This document shows positions 33,471 through 41,911 of a stretch of 64,000 nt of DNA, piece after piece. The DNA comes from an uncultured bacterium. Its GTDB lineage: Bacteria; Bacillota_I; Bacilli_A; RFN20; CAG-826. The stretch covers positions 69,005-133,004 of the forward strand of contig CASFCI010000005.1 in the NCBI GenBank assembly GCA_949293175.1. The letters are read 5' to 3'. Every line of letters starts with the position of its first letter. Position 1 is the first letter of the stretch. The position numbers were made by a program, and so were the translations under genes. The notes under the pieces were generated by a model. It worked only from the letters and a program-made list of their open reading frames with translations, was not told the DNA's origin and made no database searches.

Positions 33471-33491
33471 AGCCCCTTTAGGGGCTTTTTG
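33471..33491 (+). terminator. Rho-independent terminator
   Basis: AGCCCC-TTTA-GGGGCT followed by TTTTT. Confidence 0.7.
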
Positions 33492-33560
33492 CTTCTTTTC
33501 GTTGTCGGGGGGAACCAAAACACCTATACTAAGGCCGCAAGGAGATTTCACTTCTAGAAA

Positions 33561-36500
33561 ATGGCAGAAATCAAAAAAACCATGAAATCCGTCGACGGCA
33601 ACACCGCTGCCGCGATGGAGAGCTACTACTTCACCGAAGTGGCGGCTATTTACCCGATCACCCCGTCATCCCCGATGGCGGAGCTCGTCGACGCCAAGTC
33701 GGCCAAGGGCGACAAGAACTTCTTCGGCGCCCCGGTCAAGGTCGTGGAGATGCAGTCCGAGGCCGGTGCCTCCGGCGCCGTCCACGGCGCGCTGCAGGGC
33801 GGGTCGCTGGCGACCACCTTCACCGCCTCCCAGGGATTGCTATTGATGATCCCGAACATCTACAAGTGGGTCGGCGAATTGCTCCCGGCGGTCCTTCACG
33901 TCGCCGCTAGGTCGCTTGCCACCCGCGCTTTGTCCATCTTCGGCGACCATCAGGACATCTACGCCGTCAGGCAGTCCGGCATCACCATGATCTGCTCTAG
34001 CTCGGTTCAGGAGATCGCCGACCTTACCCCGATCGCCCACCTGGTTGCCCTCGAGTCCAGCGTGCCGGTCCTCCATTTCTTCGATGGGTTCCGCACCTCG
34101 CACGAGGTCCAGAACGTCGAGTTCGTCGATGAGGAGGAGTGGAAGAAGCTGCTCCCGATGGACAAGGTCGAGGAATTCCGCGCCCGTGCCCTCAACCCGC
34201 ACACCCACGCCGTCACCCGCGGCGGGGCCGAGAACGACGATATCTACTTCCAGGCCCGCGAGGCCCAGAACTCCCACTTCGACCACGTCATCGAAGTCGT
34301 CGAGAAGTACTTCAAGGAAGCCACCCGCCTCACCGGCAGGACCTATGCCCCGTTCGTCTACTACGGCGACCCCGAGGCCACCAAGGTCATCATCGCCATG
34401 GGCTCGGTCACCGAGACCGCGATGGAAGTGGTGGATGAGCTCAACAAGCGCGGCGAGAAGGTCGGCTTGGTGAAGGTCCACCTCTACCGCCCGTTCTCCG
34501 CGAAGCACCTCGCCTCGGCCATCCCGGCCACGGTCAAGAAGATCGCGGTCCTCGACAGGACCAAGGAGACCGGCGCCACCGGCGAGCCGCTTTACCTCGA
34601 CGTGCTCTCCGCCTTGACCGCCGAAGGCCGCAAGTTCGACACCATCATCGGCGGCCGCTATGGCCTCTCCTCCAAGGACACCCAGCCCAAGGACGTCAAG
34701 TCGGTCTATGACTTCCTCGACGCCGAGAAGAACTGGAACGGGTTCACCGTCGGCATCAAAGACGACGTCACCCACCTCTCCATCCCGGTCGATGAGGATT
34801 TCGTCATCCCGCACAACTACACCTCCTGCCTATTCTACGGCCTAGGATCCGACGGCACCGTCTCGGCCAACAAGAGCTCGGTCAAGATCATCGGCGACGC
34901 CACCCATCAGTACGCCCAGGCCTACTTCCAATACGACTCCCGCAAAGCCGGCGGCACCACCAGGAGCCACCTCCGCTTCGGCAAGGAGCCGATCCACAGC
35001 GAGTACTACGTCAAGAACGCCGACTTCATCTCCTGCTCGCTGGACACCTACATCTTCAAGTTCGACATCATCTCGAACCTGAAGGACGGCGGCACCTTCC
35101 TGCTCAACACCAACATGGACGACGAGACCCTCGTCAAGAGCATGCCCAACCGCATGAAGCACCTGCTGGCCAAGAAGCACGCCAAGTTCTACGTCATCGA
35201 CGCCAACAAGCTGGCCGCCGAGTGCCACATGGGCCGCCACACCAATACCACCCTGCAGGCCGCCTTCTTCAAGCTCTCCCCCTCGATCATGGATTACTCC
35301 GAGGCCGAGAAGTGGATGAAGAAGTTCGCCGAGAAGTCCTACGCCAAGAAGGGCATGGACATCGTCAAGAACAACTGGGATGCCATCGACGCCGGCCCGA
35401 AGGGTCTTCGCGAGATAAAGGTCGACCCCGAGTGGATCAACCTCCCCTATGCCAAAGTCGCGACCGCCGACACCGGCGATACCTACTACGACGAGTACGT
35501 CGAGGTCATCGACCGCCTAGACGGCGACGAGCTGCCGACCAGCGCCTTTACCAAGCATGAGCTGCTCGACGGCACCATGAACGAGAACATCACCTTCCGC
35601 CAGAAGCGCGCCATCGCCGACCGCGTGCCGGTGTGGAACCCGGCTTACTGCATCGAGTGCAACCAGTGCTCGTTCGTCTGCCCCCACGCCACCATCCGCC
35701 CCTACCTCCTCAACGAGGAAGAGGTCGAGAAGGCCCCCGCGATCGTCAAGGAGGGCCTCAAGCCCGCGATCGGGACCAAGGACAAGACCCTCAAGTTCCG
35801 CATCCAGGTCTCGACCGAGAACTGCATCGGATGCGGCCTCTGCGTGAGCGAGTGCATGGCCAATGCCGCCGCCACTAGGGCCGGCAACGACCACTTCGCC
35901 CTCAAGATGGTCGATGCCCACACCCAGTCCGCTCAGCAGGAAGGCGCCGATTACCTCTACTACCACTGCACCGAGAAGAAGGACCAGTTCCCCGCCGCCG
36001 TCGATAATGGCGTCAAGGGGCTCGGCTTCAAGAAGCCCTACATGGAAGTCTCGGGCGCTTGCGCCGGCTGCGGCGAGGCCCCGTACTACCGCATCGTCAG
36101 CCAGCTGTTCGGCAAGGACATGCTGGTCGCCAACGCCACCGGCTGCTCCTCCATCTACTGCGGCTCGACCCCGCTTACCCCCTTCGTCAACAAGGAGGGC
36201 AAGGACGGGCCGGCTTGGGCCAACTCCCTATTCGAGGACAACGCCGAGTACGGCTTCGGCATGAGGATCGCCACCGATCAGAAGCTGTCCCGCATCGCCT
36301 CCATACTCACCGCCGCCAAGTCCTCCGATAAGGTTTCCGATGAGTTGAAGGCCGTCATCGACGACTACCTCGCCCACGTCAAGGACCGCGACTACGTCAA
36401 GACCATCGTCCCGACCCTCATCAAATTGGTCGATGAGTCCGAGGATGAAGAGGTCAAGGAGGTCAAGCACTATGAGCGCGACCTCGTCGACAAGTCGGTC

Positions 36501-37139
36501 TGGATCGTCGGCGGCGACGGATGGAGCTACGACATCGGCTACGGCGGACTCGACCACGTGCTGGCCAACGAAGCCGACGTCAACGTCCTGGTCCTCGACA
36601 CCGAGGTCTATTCCAACACCGGCGGGCAGGCTTCCAAGTCCTCCCAGACCGGCTCGATCAACAAGTTCACCGCCTCTGGCAAGAAGGAAGCCAAGAAGAA
36701 CCTCGCCCTCATGGCCATGGCCTATGGACACGTCTACGTCGCCCAGATCGCCCTCGGAGCCAACCCGGCGAAGGCCATCCAGGCCCTGAAGGAAGCCGAG
36801 TCCTACGACGGACCCTCGCTCGTCATCTGCTACTGCCCGTGCGCCGAGCAGCACATCAAGGGCGGCTTGGTCAACTCCATCAAGGAGGAAAAGAAGGCCG
36901 TCGAATGCGGCTACTTCACCACCTTCCGCTTCGACCCGAGGCTGAAGGAGCAGGGGAAGAGCCCGCTCACCTTCGATTGCCCCGAGCCCGACTTCACCAA
37001 GCTCCGCGACTTCATCATGCAGGAGACCCGCTTCAGCCAGCTCCCGGTCGTCAACCCCGAGCACGCCGAAGAGCTCCTCACCAAGTGCGAGACCTACGCC
37101 AAGCAGCGCTACCTCGACATCAAGAAGTTCGGCGAATAA
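33561..37139 (+). CDS. nifJ: Pyruvate:ferredoxin (flavodoxin) oxidoreductase
   Basis: 1192 aa single-chain PFOR. Two CxxCxxCxxxCP clusters (CIECNQCSFVCPHA, CIGCGLCVSEC) and TPP motif GGDGWSYDIGYGGLDHV. Confidence 0.95.
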   Translation: MAEIKKTMKSVDGNTAAAMESYYFTEVAAIYPITPSSPMAELVDAKSAKGDKNFFGAPVKVVEMQSEAGASGAVHGALQGGSLATTFTASQGLLLMIPNIYKWVGELLPAVLHVAARSLATRALSIFGDHQDIYAVRQSGITMICSSSVQEIADLTPIAHLVALESSVPVLHFFDGFRTSHEVQNVEFVDEEEWKKLLPMDKVEEFRARALNPHTHAVTRGGAENDDIYFQAREAQNSHFDHVIEVVEKYFKEATRLTGRTYAPFVYYGDPEATKVIIAMGSVTETAMEVVDELNKRGEKVGLVKVHLYRPFSAKHLASAIPATVKKIAVLDRTKETGATGEPLYLDVLSALTAEGRKFDTIIGGRYGLSSKDTQPKDVKSVYDFLDAEKNWNGFTVGIKDDVTHLSIPVDEDFVIPHNYTSCLFYGLGSDGTVSANKSSVKIIGDATHQYAQAYFQYDSRKAGGTTRSHLRFGKEPIHSEYYVKNADFISCSLDTYIFKFDIISNLKDGGTFLLNTNMDDETLVKSMPNRMKHLLAKKHAKFYVIDANKLAAECHMGRHTNTTLQAAFFKLSPSIMDYSEAEKWMKKFAEKSYAKKGMDIVKNNWDAIDAGPKGLREIKVDPEWINLPYAKVATADTGDTYYDEYVEVIDRLDGDELPTSAFTKHELLDGTMNENITFRQKRAIADRVPVWNPAYCIECNQCSFVCPHATIRPYLLNEEEVEKAPAIVKEGLKPAIGTKDKTLKFRIQVSTENCIGCGLCVSECMANAAATRAGNDHFALKMVDAHTQSAQQEGADYLYYHCTEKKDQFPAAVDNGVKGLGFKKPYMEVSGACAGCGEAPYYRIVSQLFGKDMLVANATGCSSIYCGSTPLTPFVNKEGKDGPAWANSLFEDNAEYGFGMRIATDQKLSRIASILTAAKSSDKVSDELKAVIDDYLAHVKDRDYVKTIVPTLIKLVDESEDEEVKEVKHYERDLVDKSVWIVGGDGWSYDIGYGGLDHVLANEADVNVLVLDTEVYSNTGGQASKSSQTGSINKFTASGKKEAKKNLALMAMAYGHVYVAQIALGANPAKAIQALKEAESYDGPSLVICYCPCAEQHIKGGLVNSIKEEKKAVECGYFTTFRFDPRLKEQGKSPLTFDCPEPDFTKLRDFIMQETRFSQLPVVNPEHAEELLTKCETYAKQRYLDIKKFGE

Positions 37140-37143
37140 AGCC

Positions 37144-37181
37144 AAAAGCCCGCAAGAGTTCATCCCCTTGCGGGCTTTTTC
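37144..37181. terminator. Strong bidirectional terminator after nifJ
   Basis: AAAAGCCCGCAAG...CTTGCGGGCTTTTT. Confidence 0.8.
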
Positions 37182-37208
37182 TATCGATTTGCGGCCATTT
37201 ATAGGCGC

Positions 37209-37363
37209 AGTGAAGTTAGTGAAGAAAACTACACTGCTACTTCACTGGCTGTGTAGTTCATGCCGTTTTTTGGCGTGAAAACATAGTCTCAAAGGGCTTG
37301 TTTTTGGATTTGGAGTGGTGATTGCAGTGAAGTTAGTGAAGAAAACTACACTGCAACTTCACT
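37209..37363. repeat. 155-bp direct repeat, left copy (motif-spacer-motif)
   Basis: Gap-free match to 39088-39242 with 4 mismatches (37308, 37321, 37324, 37325). The 38-nt motif AGTGAAGTTAGTGAAGAAAACTACACTGC[T/A]ACTTCACT lies at 37209-37246 and 37326-37363. Confidence 0.95.
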
Positions 37364-37435
37364 CCTCGGCGAAATCGGAGGTTCAATCGGCTTTTTCTAA
37401 GCCTGGCCGCATCGATATTTGGATATAAAATTCAA

Positions 37436-38908
37436 TTAGAAGTAAGCCAAATGGACTCTTTCCCGATTTGTTGAATATTGGGTCGTGGGCCCTTTTTCGA
37501 TTTTGATTAGGTGCTGGGATTGGCAAAGGCGTTCTAGGACTTTTTGCCTGAAGTACGACGAGGGCGTGATGCCGAGCTGCTTGGCTATTTCCGCGGCGCT
37601 TCTTGGCTTTGGATAGCAATAAGAGAGAATGGCTAGGTCCTTTTTGCCGCTTAGCTCCACGTCGGGATAGATTGCCGGCGACTGATTTTTGGATATTAGG
37701 CCTTCCTTAAAGGCCAAATCAGGCAAAGTCAGGGCGAAAAAGTCGGATGAGGAGCTGGCCATTGGGGCGAATTTTTCTCCATAGGGGGCGTAGTCTTCCT
37801 CGATCTTATCGAAACCGCTGCCACGCTTTTCCATTAGCTTTAGCAGACTGAAAGCGGCGCAGATAACCTCATTTCGCCTTATGGGCGGTATGGATGAAAG
37901 GTTCGTTTCCTCATTCAATTGCCTAAGCCCGGGCAATGATCCCGGCGATACTATCTCGAGGCGATCGGCGAAGCGGTTGATTTCAATCTGCGAGCCGTCC
38001 ATGAAGTAATTGCGGTGCGCGAGCGCGTTAATAATCGCTTCCTGCAGCGAGCGAGGCGGGAAGCTGATGAGCTTTTCCTGCCCTCCGAAGACCTTGATGT
38101 AACCATCGGCCGATCTCTCGCCGATGAAATCGATAATATCCTCGTATTCCCGCAGGAGGTTTGCCTTGATGCTTTTTGTCGCATAGGTGGCGTTGTCGCC
38201 TTTGCTTATCCCTTTGTATTCGCTGCAGACGACTAAGGTCTTGTCGCTTTCGAAGCCATCTTGGAAAAGCATGGCCCCTTTGCTGAGCTTCCCATCCTCG
38301 GAAATAAAGCCGATTGAAAACAGCTCTTTTTCGCTTATCTCCCTTCCGTTGGCTTTTTTGAAATAAGCTTCAAACAAAGAGAAATCCTGCTTGCGGTATT
38401 GATTTTGGGTGAAGGCGGCATCGAAGTGGATGTTCTCGCTGTCGAGGACCAAGTTGCGTATTTCCTCGCTGGTCGCGACGCCGGTCAAGCCAAACTTCCG
38501 AACGTAGATTGTGCCGGTGTCTTTGAACTTGACCGTTATAGGGGCATAGGAGCTTCTTTTCACGTCGATTCGCATGACATATCTCGCCGGAGTGTATCCC
38601 GGAACGGCAATTGGCGTTATGCGATATGGTATTTCCGGTTCGACGTGCTGTTTCGTCTGACGGTTAATCAGCTGGACTGTCTTGTCGAAAGCCTCGTGAT
38701 CAAGCGGGTTTACTTCATGGGTGTCGTTTTTGACCCCAACGAACATGGCGCCGCCGGTGGTGTTGGCAAAAGCCGCCAACTCCTTAAGCCACCCGATCTC
38801 GAAATAACCTCCGCTCTCGCCGGGCTTTTTCCCTTCTTTGAGAATTTCTTTGAATTCAATGTTGCCGGTTTCTAAATTTACTCCCGGAATCAGCTCTTCG
38901 ATATACAT
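37436..38908 (-). CDS. AlbA_2 (Schlafen-type 'divergent AAA') + HATPase_c_4-like + C-terminal wHTH protein. This family is often annotated as a RecG-like or putative transcriptional regulator.
   Basis: N-terminal GNIEFKEILKE...WLKELAAFANTTGGAMFVGV. Mid-region LQEAIINALAHRNY...IEIVSPGSLPG. C-terminal AAEIAKQLGITPSSYFRQKVLERL. GC content is lower than in neighbouring genes. Confidence 0.7.
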   Translation of the reverse strand: MYIEELIPGVNLETGNIEFKEILKEGKKPGESGGYFEIGWLKELAAFANTTGGAMFVGVKNDTHEVNPLDHEAFDKTVQLINRQTKQHVEPEIPYRITPIAVPGYTPARYVMRIDVKRSSYAPITVKFKDTGTIYVRKFGLTGVATSEEIRNLVLDSENIHFDAAFTQNQYRKQDFSLFEAYFKKANGREISEKELFSIGFISEDGKLSKGAMLFQDGFESDKTLVVCSEYKGISKGDNATYATKSIKANLLREYEDIIDFIGERSADGYIKVFGGQEKLISFPPRSLQEAIINALAHRNYFMDGSQIEINRFADRLEIVSPGSLPGLRQLNEETNLSSIPPIRRNEVICAAFSLLKLMEKRGSGFDKIEEDYAPYGEKFAPMASSSSDFFALTLPDLAFKEGLISKNQSPAIYPDVELSGKKDLAILSYCYPKPRSAAEIAKQLGITPSSYFRQKVLERLCQSQHLIKIEKGPTTQYSTNRERVHLAYF

Positions 38909-38952
38909 GCAAATCCGCCTTTCGCATCAATTTTAAACATTTAAATGCCTGT

Positions 38953-38993
38953 AGTGAAGTAGGACTGAAGTAAAACTACACTGTAACTTCACT
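38953..38993. repeat. Diverged fifth copy of the palindrome-ended motif, candidate operator
   Basis: AGTGAAGTaggactgaagtaaaactacactgtaACTTCACT, 45-85 nt upstream of the AlbA_2 gene start. Confidence 0.8.
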
Positions 38994-39087
38994 GTAAACT
39001 TCGCTTTCTCCTATTTTGGCCAGAGAAGGAAAACGTTAGACCCAATCGAAGCTTTTTAGGTAAACAAGACTTGATTTGGCGCTGCGG

Positions 39088-39242
39088 AGTGAAGTTAGTG
39101 AAGAAAACTACACTGCTACTTCACTGGCTGTGTAGTTCATGCCGTTTTTTGGCGTGAAAACATAGTCTCAAAGGGCTTGTTTTTGGCTTTGGAGTGGTGG
39201 TTATAGTGAAGTTAGTGAAGAAAACTACACTGCAACTTCACT
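39088..39242. repeat. 155-bp direct repeat, right copy
   Basis: See the left copy. Motif copies lie at 39088-39125 and 39205-39242. Confidence 0.95.
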
Positions 39243-39310
39243 GGCTTCGGCTTTTCATGTTTTCTACTTTAAAGTGAACCATCGAATAGGATGCGAATCA
39301 TCTGTTTTGC

Positions 39311-39351
39311 AACTAAATAAAACAAAAATCCTGATGCTTATGCACCAGGAT
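39311..39351 (-). terminator. Rho-independent terminator of tRNA-Pro
   Basis: Stem ATCCTGATGC/GCACCAGGAT with one mismatch. On the minus strand it is followed by TTTTTGTTTTATTT. Confidence 0.7.
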
Positions 39352-39363
39352 CATTGTTTTGCC

Positions 39364-39440
39364 TGGTCGGAACGACGGGATTCGAACCCGTGACCCCTAC
39401 CACCCCAAGGTAGTGCACTACCAAGCTGTGCTACGTCCCG
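39364..39440 (-). tRNA. tRNA-Pro (anticodon GGG), CCA encoded
   Basis: Manual fold of the reverse complement: CGGGACG-TA-GCAC-AGCTTGGTA-GTGC-A-CTACC-TTGGGGT-GGTAG-GGGTC-ACGGG-TTCGAAT-CCCGT-CGTTCCG-A-CCA. Confidence 0.9.
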
Positions 39441-39610
39441 GCAACGTGTATTATACTCATCAAGGCTCTCATTTCTATAAATTTTTCCCCTTATGGAGGG
39501 TTTTGCGGTTTCCGGCTTTGCCTGCAAAACGGATGTTCTCGTCCGATGGCTTGATGAGGATCTGGCTTAGAGGCGTTTTGATAATGGCGAATGCGCGTTA
39601 ACCAGAAGCG

Positions 39611-39628
39611 AGGAAACCATGGTTTCCT
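39611..39628. promoter_or_regulatory. Perfect 18-bp palindrome upstream of the DUF362 gene
   Basis: AGGAAACCATGGTTTCCT, about 24 nt upstream of the predicted -35. Confidence 0.4.
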
Positions 39629-39651
39629 TCCATTTGGATACGTGTCCACCC

Positions 39652-39680
39652 TTGAAAGCTAATGTATGCGAGGGTAGATT
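39652..39680 (+). promoter_or_regulatory. Predicted promoter of the DUF362 gene
   Basis: TTGAAA, 17-nt spacer, TAGATT. SD GGTGAGGA precedes ATG 39699. Confidence 0.45.
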
Positions 39681-39698
39681 TCCGGTGAGGATACAACA

Positions 39699-40814
39699 AT
39701 GAAAAGCAAAGTCTACTTCACTACCTTCCGCGTGAGAGTGGGGGAATCGCAGACCCACAAGCTCCAGCGCCTAATGGACAAGGCCGGGTTCAAGGACATG
39801 AACCTCGAGGGCAAGTTCGTCGCCATAAAGATGCATTTCGGGGAATGGGGCAACCTGACCTTCCTCCGCCCCAACTGGGCCCGGGCCGTGGCCGATAAGG
39901 TCAAGGAGCAGGGCGGCCGCCCGTTCCTGACCGACTGCAACACCCTCTACCCGGGGTATCGCAAGAACGCCCTCGACCACCTCACCTGCGCCGAGATGAA
40001 CGGCTTCTCCACCGCCTCGACTGGCTGCCACATCATCATCGGCGACGGGCTGAAGGGCACCGATGAGGTCGACGTCCCCGTCAAGGGCGGCGAGCTTTGC
40101 CATGAGGCCCACATCGGGCGCGCCATAATGGACGCCGACGCCTTCATCTCGCTCACCCACTTCAAGGGACACGAGGAGACCGGCTTCGGCGGGGCGCTCA
40201 AGAACATCGGCATGGGCTGCGGGTCCAGGGCTGGCAAGATGGCTCAGCATAACGATGGCAAGCCCATCGTCGACGAGAATAAGTGCCGCGATTGCCATGC
40301 CTGCGCCAGGGAGTGCGGCTCCGACGCCATTAGCTACGCCTCGGGCAAGGCCCACATCGACCAAGACCTTTGCAAGGGCTGCGGACGCTGCATCGGCGCC
40401 TGCCCATTCGACGCCATCTCGCCTCAGGACAGCTCGTCCAACACCAAGCTCGGCATGAAGATCGCCGAATACGCGAAGGCGGTGGTGGATGGCCGCCCCT
40501 GCTTCCACATCACCCTCATCCAGGACGTCTCCCCCAACTGCGACTGCCATGTCGAGAACGACGGGCCGATCCTGCCCGACATCGGGATGCTCTGCTCCTT
40601 CGATCCGGTCGCCCTCGACCAGGCCTGCGTCGACCTCTGCAACAAGGCCAGCCCGATCGAGGACAGCCAGCTAGGCGAGGCCATAAAGGAGCACGGGGAG
40701 ACCGGAAACCACTTCCACGACTCCAACCCGCGCACCGATTCCGAATCCGCCCTCGCCCACGCCGAGAAGATCGGGCTCGGAAGCCGCGAATACGAACTTA
40801 TCAAGATGAACTGA
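39699..40814 (+). CDS. DUF362-domain Fe-S protein with two 4Fe-4S ferredoxin motifs (COG2768-like)
   Basis: N-terminal KVYFT...FVAIKMHFGE...PFLTDCNTLY. CRDCHACARECG and CKGCGRCIGACP clusters. Confidence 0.75.
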   Translation: MKSKVYFTTFRVRVGESQTHKLQRLMDKAGFKDMNLEGKFVAIKMHFGEWGNLTFLRPNWARAVADKVKEQGGRPFLTDCNTLYPGYRKNALDHLTCAEMNGFSTASTGCHIIIGDGLKGTDEVDVPVKGGELCHEAHIGRAIMDADAFISLTHFKGHEETGFGGALKNIGMGCGSRAGKMAQHNDGKPIVDENKCRDCHACARECGSDAISYASGKAHIDQDLCKGCGRCIGACPFDAISPQDSSSNTKLGMKIAEYAKAVVDGRPCFHITLIQDVSPNCDCHVENDGPILPDIGMLCSFDPVALDQACVDLCNKASPIEDSQLGEAIKEHGETGNHFHDSNPRTDSESALAHAEKIGLGSREYELIKMN

Positions 40815-40816
40815 GA

Positions 40817-41383
40817 TTAGCCGAGGGATTCGATTGTGCGGTCGAAGACCTCGGTTTTTATTTCCTCGAAATTCTCGTCTGATTGCGCGTCGATTCTCAC
40901 GAAAACCGTTTTTCCGCTTTTGAGGTCGCGCCCATCCCACCTAAATTCCGCATTTTCCCATTTCTCGTCTTCTACCGGGAAGAAGATGATCGCGAGTTGG
41001 CAGCCGTCCTCGTCTGATAATATGGCGTGCCACGCCGTATGCTCATAGCCACCATTTTTGTTTTCGTCGAAAAGCGGGAAGCCCCATTTGGCCTCGTCTT
41101 CGTATAGGGACGATAGAAATGGCCCGGGACTTTTGGATTTGATTTGAAAGAAGAACGTATATTCGTCCAACGAATACCCGAAAAGCCCTTCATCGAAGTT
41201 CAGGTGAGGGGTCTTTGTACCGGGGTATGTTGCTTCTTGGCGCACCAGCAGGTCTTCTAGCTGGGAGTAATCACGGCATGTGATCGCTCCTTTGCAAGTG
41301 TAGGTGCAAGAAGAAAGCGCCTGGGCAGCAAGAAGCAGAAGCGGCCAGATGGCCCTTTTCTTAATTATTTCAATAATTGTCAT
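40817..41383 (-). CDS. Hypothetical lipoprotein
   Basis: MTIIEIIKKRAIWPLLLLAAQALSSC lipobox. GGGGAGAGG SD lies 7 nt upstream. Confidence 0.5.
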   Translation of the reverse strand: MTIIEIIKKRAIWPLLLLAAQALSSCTYTCKGAITCRDYSQLEDLLVRQEATYPGTKTPHLNFDEGLFGYSLDEYTFFFQIKSKSPGPFLSSLYEDEAKWGFPLFDENKNGGYEHTAWHAILSDEDGCQLAIIFFPVEDEKWENAEFRWDGRDLKSGKTVFVRIDAQSDENFEEIKTEVFDRTIESLG

Positions 41384-41762
41384 AAAGCAGCCTCTCCCCG
41401 TATGTGTCGGCAAAGACGAATTGATCGATGGACAGTCTATTTAGGTTTCTATCTCCAATAGCTTCGGAATTATTCGTTATTCTTATTCCGAACATTCCGT
41501 TTTGATTGGTGAATTGTTTTCTTGAGAAACCATTAATTTTTGCTTTTAGCTGCCCAGATTGTATTTCCGATATAAGATTACAGACTTTCTTCCAACCGGC
41601 CGAATTGTCTTGCACTTCGATATACGCCTCTGATTCATCAGTTATAAAATATTCGTTATTCCACAGCGCTATGCCCAATTGAGCGGCAGCGCCTAAACAC
41701 GGCTTTGCGTTGTTCACGCTTAAAGCCGAGACGACAATAGCTAAAAACAAGGAAATTGTCAT
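41370..41762 (-). CDS. Hypothetical secreted protein (AT-rich gene)
   Basis: Signal-like MTISLFLAIVVSALSVNNA at an internal ATG preceded by AAAGGGG. Overlaps the downstream gene by 14 nt. Confidence 0.45.
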   Translation of the reverse strand: MTISLFLAIVVSALSVNNAKPCLGAAAQLGIALWNNEYFITDESEAYIEVQDNSAGWKKVCNLISEIQSGQLKAKINGFSRKQFTNQNGMFGIRITNNSEAIGDRNLNRLSIDQFVFADTYGERLLYDNY

Positions 41763-41911
41763 ATATAACCCCTTTTGTTTTGACAAATTCATTATCCAAA
41801 ACGTTTCGATTTTTGTCAAGGCGGTGCAAAATCGTCATTTCCGGCGATTGCTTAAGTTACCATGGCATCCGCAAACGAAGTTTGCCGTTCCTAGTGTATA
41901 ATCTTGCCGCT

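Noticed and set aside
33840-37163. 324-aa and 311-aa minus-strand ORFs, plus 227-aa and 149-aa alternative-frame ORFs.
   Set aside because: All lie inside the PFOR gene, which is a continuous 1192-aa protein with cofactor motifs.
37209-39242. Possible CRISPR array, considered because of the repeated 38-nt motif.
   Set aside because: There are only five copies with irregular spacing (117, about 1627, 135 and 117 nt start-to-start). The repeats flank a protein-coding gene and form two larger 155-bp units. No cas genes are nearby.
39359-39601. 80-aa plus-strand ORF.
   Set aside because: Its first part is the antisense of tRNA-Pro and the rest crosses a promoter region. It has no translation signals.
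39771-40550. 259-aa minus-strand ORF and a 170-aa plus-strand alternative frame (40370-40882).
   Set aside because: They overlap the DUF362 Fe-S gene, which has recognisable domain motifs. The translations are low complexity.
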